The translations under genes and the position numbers were made by a program. The notes beneath the pieces were generated by a model that did no database searches, had not been told where the DNA came from, and saw only the letters and a list, made by a program, of their open reading frames with translations. Below are positions 9,746 to 18,162 of a stretch of DNA of 33,146 bases, piece after piece (position 1 is the first letter of the stretch; each line of letters opens with the position of its first letter). Origin of the DNA: a bacterium. GTDB lineage: Bacteria > SZUA-182 > DTGQ01. The DNA is taken from the NCBI GenBank assembly GCA_040752695.1, contig JBFMGO010000068.1, forward strand, positions 1 to 33,146, in the 5' to 3' direction.

Positions 9746-12700
9746 GTGATCATCAGGGTGAAAAGATATGCTTTTGCGGTTTGGGTCGCTCTTATGGTGG
9801 GTGCATCGGTCATGTCCGGTGCATGGCTTGGGTTTTACCCGGCACCAGCGGATGCGCAAGGGCTGATTACTACAGCACCTTCCATTACGTCTACACCTTC
9901 CATCACGTCTTCCATGATTTCATCCCTGCCCTCTGTTCATATACTCCTGCCAGATATTTACAGTACCTTTGCTTCGGTATCTCCCAAAATAGACGGCCTT
10001 GTATCCACTGGGGAATGGGATCTGGCAGCCGTGTTCAGCCTGGAGCATGGCTTTTTGTTCTGCCAGAATGATGCAGCAAATCTCTACCTCCTTTTGGACC
10101 TTACCGCAGATACCCAAAAGGATTCGGGTGATTACTTCTGGTTAAGCTTCGATGTCGATACCGATCAGGCCATAACCCCTGATGTCGATCTGCTGTACAG
10201 CACCTATCCGGGCACATGGAACCTTGGCATGTGCCGCTATGCGGGGGCAGGGGCAACGAGCGGGCTTGTGAGTACGCATTCACAGCTTGGGGCCGGCTTT
10301 GGCCCTTCGGCACGGTCCGAAGCTTCGCACAGGATTTTCGAGCTGGCCATCAGCCTTTCAGAGATAAAGTCTGCTCCCAATGGCCTTACGAGAATAGGCT
10401 TAAGGACGCACTCGCCGTCCCCGGCTTTTACCGACGATCAGCCGGAAGGCTATGATTTTTCCCGGTTCCTGCGGGTTATCCTGGCTACAGCCCGTGTTGA
10501 TCTTCTCATCCTGACTCACGAGGATTTTCGTGACAGCCTTCGGCCTTTGATGGAACACAAAAACTATACGGGAATCAATACCATCATTTCAAGCTGGCAG
10601 AACCTGGATCACGGCTTCGGGTCACAGGGGCGTGACGAGGCCGAGAGAGTCAAAAGAGGCATTGCCGCCTATGAGCGATTGTGCGGCACCAGGTACGTGA
10701 TGCTGGTTGGCGATTGTGACCGGTTTCCGGTCAGATATACCATGACTGACCGGGGAACCCAGGAGGCGTACAACCGGGCCTTTTACTCGGCCGATCTTTA
10801 CTATGCAGACCTTTACCGGTCGAATGGAAATTTTGACACCTGGGACAATAACAACAATGGCTATTATGGCGAAATCCACGGCGAAACCATAACCGGCACA
10901 CTGAACGTTGACCGGGTGGACCTGAACCCTGACCTGGCCGTAGGCAGGGTGCCTGCATCGACTGCGGCCGAGGTCACTACGTATGTCAATAAGATCATAA
11001 GCTATGAATTTTCCGCCTATAAGTCCGACTGGTTCAAAAAGGCGCTGCTTTTAGCCAGCACGGATTGGATTTCCGATGCCTGCCAAACACAAGAGGATAT
11101 CGCCAGTAATTATCTGACCGGCTTCAGCCTGACCAGGCTTTATTCTGCCGGGAATCCCTGCGTGGCTACTTCTACCCTTAACGCTGTCAATATCAACAGC
11201 GCACTTAACCAGGGGGCCGGCTTTGTCAGCTATTTAGGGCATGGCTATGGTACAGGCTGGGCGGGCTGCTACGATGCAAGCAATATGGCCAGCCTTGCCA
11301 ATACGGATAAACTCCCCATCATCATTGCCGGTGCCTGCGACACTGCCCAGTTTACCACCCAGCCGCCCTACAGCCCCTACACTGACCTTTCCGGAACCCA
11401 TCATAAGGGAACGAATAGCGGCGAAGTCTTCACCAATGTACCTGCACAGCCAGCCTGCATCCAAACGGCCGATAATCCCGAGAGCCTGTCCGAGCATTTC
11501 CTGGTCAGGCGAAGCACCGGAGCGGTCGGCTATATCGGCTGTGTAACCGGAGCCCAGCCGTTTTGCCGCGACCTGAACAGGTATTTCTTCGAAGGTTATG
11601 CCTATCAGTGCAAGACTCTGGGCGATATGTGGAATTATATGGTCAGGAGATATTACCAGACTCATGTGCCCCCCGCAACCGTAAACCCGGCGGACTGGAC
11701 CAGGGTCGCCGATTTCCATCAACCCTGGAAATTTCACCTCTTCGGTGATCCCTCACTCAGGATCGGCGGAGTATCAAGGATCCAGAAGCAGGATTTTCTG
11801 GGTACCTACGATATGATTCACGACGGATGGAGGGGAACCTTAACGCTGTGGGCAACAAATGGAGACACGATCGAGAATACTCCCAATGTGGAGGGTTCCT
11901 ATACCGCGTCGGACGGAAAAGTCCATAACGTCTATGGCTATGTAAGAACCTGGACCTATTCATTGTCCGAGGGGTGGGGTCCTGACCATAAGATATGCTT
12001 TTACGTCGATTTTTCGGATACTCCGCAGCAGGATGACGACCAGAAATTCGACGGCTGCCTTTTTACCTGGACCAAAGACGCAATTGCAGGTGTCACCTGG
12101 TGGCAGGATAAACCCTTTGGATTCTATGCTCTCAAGTCCGCACTCAGCCTTATCACCACCCCGGCAATTGCTTATCCTGTCAGTTTGCCACTGATCCCCA
12201 GCAGCAGCGGGCTCTTGGCTGAGCCTCTCATAAATTCTTCGCCCAGCAGAAGGAGAGGAACAGGAGGAGAACCCAAGGCCGCACCGTCCGGCTATCTGGA
12301 AACAGCATATTTTCCAGCTCAGCCGGACGCGGTGCAGGCTTTGGAGAGAGTGATCAGCGAAGAGCGGCTGAGCAGTCAGACGAGTGAAACAAGACTGATC
12401 AGTGAGATACGTCTGCCTGATATAACCACCGATGTATGGCTGTCTGATGCACCTGATGTACGAATGCCTGATATAACTGATGTAAAGACACTTGATGTGT
12501 CTGGTGTAAGGATATCTGATGTGACCGGTGTAGGGATATCTAATCAAGCTGACAGTCAATCCGCTTCGTTAGCCAGGAGCGATTTTCTCGGAACCTATAA
12601 CATGGTCCACGACGGATGGAAGGGGACCTTGAGACTTCGGGGCGGTGTCGAGGACATGAACCTGCCCAACCTGGAAGGCACCTATACCGGCCAGGACGGC

Positions 12701-13642
12701 AAAGGCCATACCGTTTACGGGTATGTAAGAACCATGGCCTGTCCATTGCCTCAAAGCTGGGGCCCGGATCACAAGATACTTTTTTACATCGACTTTTCAG
12801 ATACTGCCAACCAGCACAACGACGACCAGAAATTCGAGGGCTATCTCTTCACCTGGACAAAGGACGCCATAGCAGGAACCACGTGGTGGCAGGGCATACC
12901 CTTTGGATTTTATGCCGTCAAGTCTGCGGCAACTCAAGCTCCATTGCAGTTTATCCGCCCTTCCGACAGGATCTTCGAGCAAACAGGTCCGCAGGGCATA
13001 GCCATGAGTCAAGAGGAAAGAGCGGAGTTTTTGGCCGAGGCTCAAGTCTTTGATGCCCAGGGGAACAAGATAAGGGTATTCTCCGACGCTCCTTCGGTTT
13101 TTCCTGTCGGTCAGACTGTCGTAACCTTCTGGGTTGAGGACGAGACGGAAAACAAAGTGGTCGGTACGGCCACCGTAACGGTTTCGGACACTACACCGCC
13201 CGTCATTCATATTCCGGCCCCTTTTACCATTGAGACGAAAAACGCCGAGGGAGTGCCGGTAAGCAACACGGAGATTCAAAATTTCCTGTATGAAGCCACA
13301 GCCATGGACGCGGTAGACGGTTCGATTACCGTTGTCCATGATGCACCGGATTTCTTTGAACCGGGAAATATACTCATAACCTTCAGAGCTACGGACCGCT
13401 CAGGCAATAGCGCCTCCGCCGAAACTACCATTACTGTTAAGCTGGTGGAAGGATCCGGCTGCGGCAGCGGGGACTTTAACGGAGATGGAAAAGTAACCCC
13501 GCTGGATGCACTGAGCGTATTCAAGTGCTATCTCAGTCCGTGCCATACGTGCGCCGACATCAACGGGGATGGCAAGGTTACCCCGATGGATGCTCTGTGC
13601 CTGTTCAATACATATTTAGGGCAGCCTTCCTGTTTGGATTAG
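9746..13642 (+). CDS. Secreted C25 (gingipain-like) cysteine peptidase with CBM9/DOMON-like N-domain, two copies of an unrecognised domain, HYR domains and C-terminal dockerin
   Basis: Signal peptide; PKIDG...GEWD; C25 motifs YVMLVGD, ADLYYADL, AVGRVP, SYLGHG (His), IAGACDT (Cys), LFGDPSL; HYR-like DTTPPVI...ATDRSGN; dockerin GDFNGDGKVTPLDAL...ADINGDGKVTPMDAL. GTG start with AAGGAG RBS. Confidence 0.9.
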   Translation: MIIRVKRYAFAVWVALMVGASVMSGAWLGFYPAPADAQGLITTAPSITSTPSITSSMISSLPSVHILLPDIYSTFASVSPKIDGLVSTGEWDLAAVFSLEHGFLFCQNDAANLYLLLDLTADTQKDSGDYFWLSFDVDTDQAITPDVDLLYSTYPGTWNLGMCRYAGAGATSGLVSTHSQLGAGFGPSARSEASHRIFELAISLSEIKSAPNGLTRIGLRTHSPSPAFTDDQPEGYDFSRFLRVILATARVDLLILTHEDFRDSLRPLMEHKNYTGINTIISSWQNLDHGFGSQGRDEAERVKRGIAAYERLCGTRYVMLVGDCDRFPVRYTMTDRGTQEAYNRAFYSADLYYADLYRSNGNFDTWDNNNNGYYGEIHGETITGTLNVDRVDLNPDLAVGRVPASTAAEVTTYVNKIISYEFSAYKSDWFKKALLLASTDWISDACQTQEDIASNYLTGFSLTRLYSAGNPCVATSTLNAVNINSALNQGAGFVSYLGHGYGTGWAGCYDASNMASLANTDKLPIIIAGACDTAQFTTQPPYSPYTDLSGTHHKGTNSGEVFTNVPAQPACIQTADNPESLSEHFLVRRSTGAVGYIGCVTGAQPFCRDLNRYFFEGYAYQCKTLGDMWNYMVRRYYQTHVPPATVNPADWTRVADFHQPWKFHLFGDPSLRIGGVSRIQKQDFLGTYDMIHDGWRGTLTLWATNGDTIENTPNVEGSYTASDGKVHNVYGYVRTWTYSLSEGWGPDHKICFYVDFSDTPQQDDDQKFDGCLFTWTKDAIAGVTWWQDKPFGFYALKSALSLITTPAIAYPVSLPLIPSSSGLLAEPLINSSPSRRRGTGGEPKAAPSGYLETAYFPAQPDAVQALERVISEERLSSQTSETRLISEIRLPDITTDVWLSDAPDVRMPDITDVKTLDVSGVRISDVTGVGISNQADSQSASLARSDFLGTYNMVHDGWKGTLRLRGGVEDMNLPNLEGTYTGQDGKGHTVYGYVRTMACPLPQSWGPDHKILFYIDFSDTANQHNDDQKFEGYLFTWTKDAIAGTTWWQGIPFGFYAVKSAATQAPLQFIRPSDRIFEQTGPQGIAMSQEERAEFLAEAQVFDAQGNKIRVFSDAPSVFPVGQTVVTFWVEDETENKVVGTATVTVSDTTPPVIHIPAPFTIETKNAEGVPVSNTEIQNFLYEATAMDAVDGSITVVHDAPDFFEPGNILITFRATDRSGNSASAETTITVKLVEGSGCGSGDFNGDGKVTPLDALSVFKCYLSPCHTCADINGDGKVTPMDALCLFNTYLGQPSCLD
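11792..12922 (+). repeat. Intragenic domain duplication (about 11792-12136 and 12581-12922) flanking a Ser/Pro-rich linker with an 8-residue repeat
   Basis: DFLGTYDMIHDGWRGTL...WGPDHKI...DDQKFDG...WWQDKPFGFYA recurs as DFLGTYNMVHDGWKGTL...WGPDHKI...DDQKFEG...WWQGIPFGFYA. Confidence 0.92.
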
Positions 13643-13761
13643 GTGAATGATAGATTGTTCTTGGGGGGATAAAGCTCATCATTCTCCTTGGATCACCTTC
13701 CTTCGGATTGCCTCTCCTTCCCCGATCAAAACACGGGGGGGGAGGCTGTCTGTGAATGAGG

Positions 13762-13784
13762 AAGGCAGGAGGCTGCCTTTTTTT
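13762..13784 (+). terminator. Rho-independent terminator of the C25 gene
   Basis: AAGGCAG-GAGG-CTGCCTT followed by a T run. Confidence 0.7.
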
Positions 13785-13956
13785 CGACGCTGTCCTCTTT
13801 ATTTATGAAACTATAGAGCATATTTAAGAGAATCCACAGAGTTATTCATAAGGGGAAATCTTTTCATAAGGCGGGATACTTGCAGTCACCATTCCAAGCG
13901 GAAATTTTCTTCGGCCAGAAAAAAATGCCCCTCTGGTTTTTTTAAAGACTTAAATA

Positions 13957-14163
13957 TTAATAAAAGTATCTACCAATGACCTGGTAATAGTAATCAAGGG
14001 TTCTTTCCCTGGCATCGGCTTCCATCTGGTCAAGGGCGAGGGAAAGGTCATCGTCCAGACTATCGATTTTGCGAATGCATACTTCCAGGAATTTTTGCAA
14101 TACCTCAGATTTCAAGGATGTATTTCCTCTCTTAAAAACTCTCTCTACCTTTTTAATACTCAT
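13957..14163 (-). CDS. Small hypothetical protein (68 aa)
   Basis: ATG at 14163 with GGGAG upstream; MSIKKVERVFKRG...YYYQVIGRYFY looks helical and protein-like. The N-terminal extension in the ORF track (to 14313) is low-complexity and probably not coding. Confidence 0.55.
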   Translation of the reverse strand: MSIKKVERVFKRGNTSLKSEVLQKFLEVCIRKIDSLDDDLSLALDQMEADARERTLDYYYQVIGRYFY

Positions 14164-14397
14164 AGACAGCTCCCAGAACCTCGTGTTGCTTCTTCCCCCT
14201 CCAGAACCCCCTGTTTTTCCCCCTTCTTTGAGCTTTTTGCGCGCTCTCTCTCCCTGAACACATGCTTCCACAGAACAGAAAAAGTGACAGAGAAAACGAA
14301 CGATTCTATCCACCTAGTATAAAGATACTGGACGAGCAAGCAGTTTGTCAAAAGTTTCGACTGAGTAAGATCAAATGAGTAAGATCAAAATCTCCGA

Positions 14398-14579
14398 CGA
14401 CACTTTTGTCGAGCACTTACGATCCTGGCTGAAGAAGGGGAAACCGGTGAAGTCAGGAGCATAATTCCCTTTTTCAGCTATCTTCAGGCTGCTTTCAGCG
14501 GGCTTTAAGCTGCTTACCGGGAGCTTCAGGCTGCTTTCAGCGAGCTCCAGACCCCGGCAGTTTCGACAAAATTGTCGAA
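14398..14579. promoter_or_regulatory. Pair of CGACA-N4-TGTCG palindromes, candidate enhancer (bEBP) sites
   Basis: CGACACTTTTGTCG at 14398-14411; perfect TTCGACAA-AA-TTGTCGAA at 14562-14579; degenerate copy at 14346-14359. All lie upstream of the sigma54 promoter at 14662. Confidence 0.6.
14473..14550. repeat. 21-bp imperfect tandem repeat (about 3.7 copies)
   Basis: TTCAGCTATCTTCAGGCTGCT / TTCAGCGGGCTTTAAGCTGCT / TACCGGGAGCTTCAGGCTGCT / TTCAGCGAGCTCCAG. Confidence 0.8.
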
Positions 14580-14661
14580 CCATGGATCTGCCGGCGACAG
14601 GAGCGGTATAATTTTTCTTTTTTTATAAGGTGTTATGGCTCTTGAGTCTTTCGAGAGTGGA

Positions 14662-14677
14662 TGGCATGGTGCTTGCA
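14662..14677 (+). promoter_or_regulatory. sigma54 (-24/-12) promoter
   Basis: TGGCATGGTGCTTGCA, near-perfect match to TGGCAC-N5-TTGCW. Confidence 0.8.
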
Positions 14678-14687
14678 AAGCTTATAG

Positions 14688-14915
14688 TATAAAGAAAAAA
14701 GGAGGTGATAGAATTTCAGCAACGCACGAATGTGCTGTCGCCAAAAAATCCAGTGAAGAGAAAGAAGGAGGTGATACATAAGGTAACGGCAGACCAGAGC
14801 TATTCATAAAAAAGAAAACGAGTGGCCTTTTGTTCTCATCACATATATTGGGGACATACCCTCGAAGGGCGTTTAGAGATTTAGATAAGGCGGGATGACA
14901 TTCCCGCCTTATCTA
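14688..14915 (+). ncRNA. Putative sigma54-dependent small RNA with two AAGGAGGUGAUA motifs
   Basis: Bounded by the sigma54 promoter and a 14-bp perfect hairpin; two identical 12-nt SD-like motifs at 14699 and 14765 with no appropriately spaced ATG/GTG/TTG. Confidence 0.5.
14882..14915 (+). terminator. 14-bp perfect hairpin, probable terminator or attenuator
   Basis: TAGATAAGGCGGGA-TGACAT-TCCCGCCTTATCTA; no clear U-tail. Confidence 0.65.
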
Positions 14916-15053
14916 TCAGGGAGTATATGCTTTATGTATGCATGACAATGGACCATTTTTTTACTTACTATCTTGAGAATATTAACCTTGAGCATTATAA
15001 TTATTTCACCTCATCAGCCGATGTAAGGCATTGATCCCTGAAATGCAAGAGCT

Positions 15054-16772
15054 ATGAAAGAAGATAAAGAGACAAAACTTTCCTGGTCGTATGCGACGGT
15101 AAGCATCTTTTTACTGATCATTATCGTAGGCTTCCATAGTCTGTGGCAGATACGAAAAGGCAAGCAAGCCCTGTATAATGCCTTGTATGATCAAGGAGAA
15201 GCCCTGGTGGAAAGCCTGCAGGCCAGCGGAAAGAATGCCATCATATCCAACCAGTTGGCCCAGGAGATACTGGTTAATCGCCTCCTGGATAATGCGAGGT
15301 TAATTGATATATTACTTCGGACGTATGGATATAACAGTATCCTCCTGAACGAGATGGTGGCTAAAAATAATTTATTCCGCGTTCAGGTAGTAGACCAATC
15401 CTGCCGGGTAATATTCGATTCTCTGGCCCCTCCTTTTCCCTCCATCCTGAACTGGTTGCCGGATGACCGGCACCGGTCGATTTTTCTGAAGGTGATCGCT
15501 CCGATCCTGCGCGGAGAAAAAAGGTTTATCTTAGAAGGGGTCCGGCAGGATCAACCTACAATAGAAAATCTCTTTTGGGTAGCCATGGCCAGAGAGAACA
15601 ATCAGGGAGCCATTATCATTCATGTGGATAATGCGTATATGGAGCAGTTTCGTAAAGAGATCGGGATCGGAAAATTAATCGGCGATATAGCCGAGCAGGA
15701 GGGCATTAATTATATCTGCTTTCAGGATGAGAGCAGCTTCATTATTGCTCCGGAGCACGTCTCGCTGCCGGCATTGAAATGCTCGCTGCAGCCTCAGTCG
15801 ATCCAGGGCAAGTTCTATCACGATCATCAGTCAGGTGAAAGATCTTACGAAATTATCAAGCCCTTCATTTTTAAAGGCAAGGTATTAGGTTTCTTTCGGG
15901 TGGGACTTTCGCTGGATAAGTTCACGAAAAACATCCAGCAGACCCAGAAAAACTCCATTTGGTTCAGCCTGTTAATCATTGCCCTGGGCAGCGGCGGCCT
16001 GATAACCATTTTTTATCACCAGTATATCCAATACAAACGGCACAAGATTCTGGAAGAGGGCTTGCAGCGAACCGAGCGGCTGACCTCCATCGGGAAACTG
16101 GCTGCGGGTGTTGCCCACGAGATCAGAAACCCTCTCAACGCCATCAGTATGGCCATCCAGCGGCTTCAGCACGAGTATCTGCCGGAAAAAGAGGAAAATC
16201 AGCAGGAATTTATCGATTTTACCGACATCATCCGCAACGAGGTAAAGCGGGTGGATAAGATCATCGGTAATTTTCTCAGCTTTGCCCGTGAGCCGAAACT
16301 TGAGATGGAAGAAGTCGATATTACTCACCTGATCAATGACCTTCTCTACATTTTTACAGCAGAAGCGCAAAAGCACAAGGTGGAATTCAAGACCCAGTAC
16401 CAGGGCTCTCCCCTGCAATGCCGCTGTGATCCAAACCAGATTAAGCAGGCTTTAATCAATATCATTCGCAATGCCTTTCAAGCCATGCCCAAAGGAGGCC
16501 TGATCGCGATCAAGGTCAGCCAGGTTCAGGATCAGGTTTTAATCAGTGTGACTGATACGGGGATAGGCATTGCAGATACAGCCAAAATTTTTGAAATCTA
16601 CTATACCAGTAAAAAAGGAGGGATAGGATTGGGTCTGCCCATTTCTCAGAAGATTATCGAGGAGCATGGCGGTAAAATTGAAGTTGAGTCCAAGGTAGGG
16701 GAGGGCTCGGAGTTTCGGATCTGGCTTCCTGTCAAGCCCATGATGCCGGTTGTGGAGATGAAGCCGATATGA
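15054..16772 (+). CDS. Two-TM periplasmic-sensing histidine kinase (ZraS/HydH-like)
   Basis: Two TM helices flanking a large extracytoplasmic domain; AAGVAHEIRNPLNAI H-box; NAFQAM; DTGIG; GIGLGL. Confidence 0.95.
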   Translation: MKEDKETKLSWSYATVSIFLLIIIVGFHSLWQIRKGKQALYNALYDQGEALVESLQASGKNAIISNQLAQEILVNRLLDNARLIDILLRTYGYNSILLNEMVAKNNLFRVQVVDQSCRVIFDSLAPPFPSILNWLPDDRHRSIFLKVIAPILRGEKRFILEGVRQDQPTIENLFWVAMARENNQGAIIIHVDNAYMEQFRKEIGIGKLIGDIAEQEGINYICFQDESSFIIAPEHVSLPALKCSLQPQSIQGKFYHDHQSGERSYEIIKPFIFKGKVLGFFRVGLSLDKFTKNIQQTQKNSIWFSLLIIALGSGGLITIFYHQYIQYKRHKILEEGLQRTERLTSIGKLAAGVAHEIRNPLNAISMAIQRLQHEYLPEKEENQQEFIDFTDIIRNEVKRVDKIIGNFLSFAREPKLEMEEVDITHLINDLLYIFTAEAQKHKVEFKTQYQGSPLQCRCDPNQIKQALINIIRNAFQAMPKGGLIAIKVSQVQDQVLISVTDTGIGIADTAKIFEIYYTSKKGGIGLGLPISQKIIEEHGGKIEVESKVGEGSEFRIWLPVKPMMPVVEMKPI

Positions 16773-18136
16773 TCAATATCCTGGTAGTGGATGATGAAAA
16801 AAACCAACGGGAAATGTTAAAAGGTTTTCTGGTGAAGAAAGGGTACAACGCGACCGCCTGCAGCAATGCAAAAGAAGCTCTGAAGGTGGTCAGGGAAGAG
16901 CAGATCGATATGGTCCTGACCGACTATCAGATGCCCGAAATCACCGGACAGGAATTGCTGGAGGAAGTTAAAAAAATCAACCCTAAAATCCTGGTCATTC
17001 TCTTTACTGCGTATGGCACTGTCGAACGGGCTGTATCTGCCATGAAGTCCGATGCCTATGATTACCTGACCAAGCCCATCGATCTGAACGAATTGCTGAT
17101 CATCCTTCAAAAGGGAACCGAATACCTGCATCTGGTTGAGGAAAACCGTGAATTACGGGAAATGCTCTCTCAACGGTACTCCTTTGATAACATCATCAGC
17201 GTAAGCGATAAAATGGAGGAAGTCCTGAGTCTGGTCAACCGGGTGTCAAAGGCCGATACCACGGTGCTGATCCGGGGTGAGAGCGGAACAGGCAAGGAAC
17301 TGATTGCACATGCCATCCATTTTAACAGTACCAGGGCTCAAGCAACCTTTATTAAAGTCAATTGTGCGGCCCTGCCCGAAAACCTGCTGGAGAGCGAACT
17401 GTTCGGCCATGAGAAGGGTGCCTTCACCGGCGCTATCCAGCGCAGAATCGGCCGCTTCGAGGAGGCTGACTGCGGAACCATTTTCCTGGATGAAATCGGA
17501 GATCTCTCCCTTCCCCTGCAAGCCAAACTCCTGCGGGTACTTCAGGAAAAGGAAATTCAACGGGTCGGCGGAAATGCCAGCATCCAGGTAGATGTTCGTG
17601 TCCTTGCAGCTACCAACAAGGATCTGGAGCAACAGATCAAGGATGGGGATTTTCGTGAAGACCTCTACTACCGCCTGAATGTAGTGCCGATCTTCCTCCC
17701 CCCTTTGCGGGAGCGCAAGGAGGATATCCCGAGGATGATCGAGTTTTTCCTGGGAAAGTATAACCATCGGTGTAAAAAGCAGGTTAAAGGGGTGACCAAA
17801 GAAGTCCTTGATCTTTTACTCAAGTACCATTACCCGGGCAATGTCAGGGAACTGGAAAACGTCATGGAGCGGGCCATAGTCCTGACCCGGCACGAGTATA
17901 TTACTTTGGCTGATCTTCCTCCGAACATTAATACCCATTTGTCGGAAGATGATCTTCTGCCGGAGCCTGGCCGGTCTTTGGATGATGCGGTCTATGCCCT
18001 GGAAAAACGGATGATTGAGAAGGCTCTCCATACCAACCGGGGAGTGCAGACCAAAGCCGCTGAATCTTTAGGCATAAGCGAAAGAGTCCTGCGCTACAAG
18101 ATGAAGAAATACGGTATGGCTCACCAGGATGAATGA
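16769..18136 (+). CDS. sigma54-dependent response regulator (ZraR/AtoC-like)
   Basis: VVDDE receiver; GESGTGKE; ESELFGHEKGAFTGA; FREDLYYRLNV; YPGNVRELEN; HTH; ATGA overlap with the kinase stop. Confidence 0.97.
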   Translation: MINILVVDDEKNQREMLKGFLVKKGYNATACSNAKEALKVVREEQIDMVLTDYQMPEITGQELLEEVKKINPKILVILFTAYGTVERAVSAMKSDAYDYLTKPIDLNELLIILQKGTEYLHLVEENRELREMLSQRYSFDNIISVSDKMEEVLSLVNRVSKADTTVLIRGESGTGKELIAHAIHFNSTRAQATFIKVNCAALPENLLESELFGHEKGAFTGAIQRRIGRFEEADCGTIFLDEIGDLSLPLQAKLLRVLQEKEIQRVGGNASIQVDVRVLAATNKDLEQQIKDGDFREDLYYRLNVVPIFLPPLRERKEDIPRMIEFFLGKYNHRCKKQVKGVTKEVLDLLLKYHYPGNVRELENVMERAIVLTRHEYITLADLPPNINTHLSEDDLLPEPGRSLDDAVYALEKRMIEKALHTNRGVQTKAAESLGISERVLRYKMKKYGMAHQDE

Positions 18137-18162
18137 TTATTTACAGATGTCTCCACTATTGT

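Noticed and set aside
14473..14550. CRISPR-like array
   Set aside because: Units abut with no unique spacers, and there are no cas genes in the window.
14371..14583. 70-aa ORF with ESSLK heptad repeats
   Set aside because: Explained by the 21-bp DNA repeat; overlaps the enhancer palindromes; no RBS.
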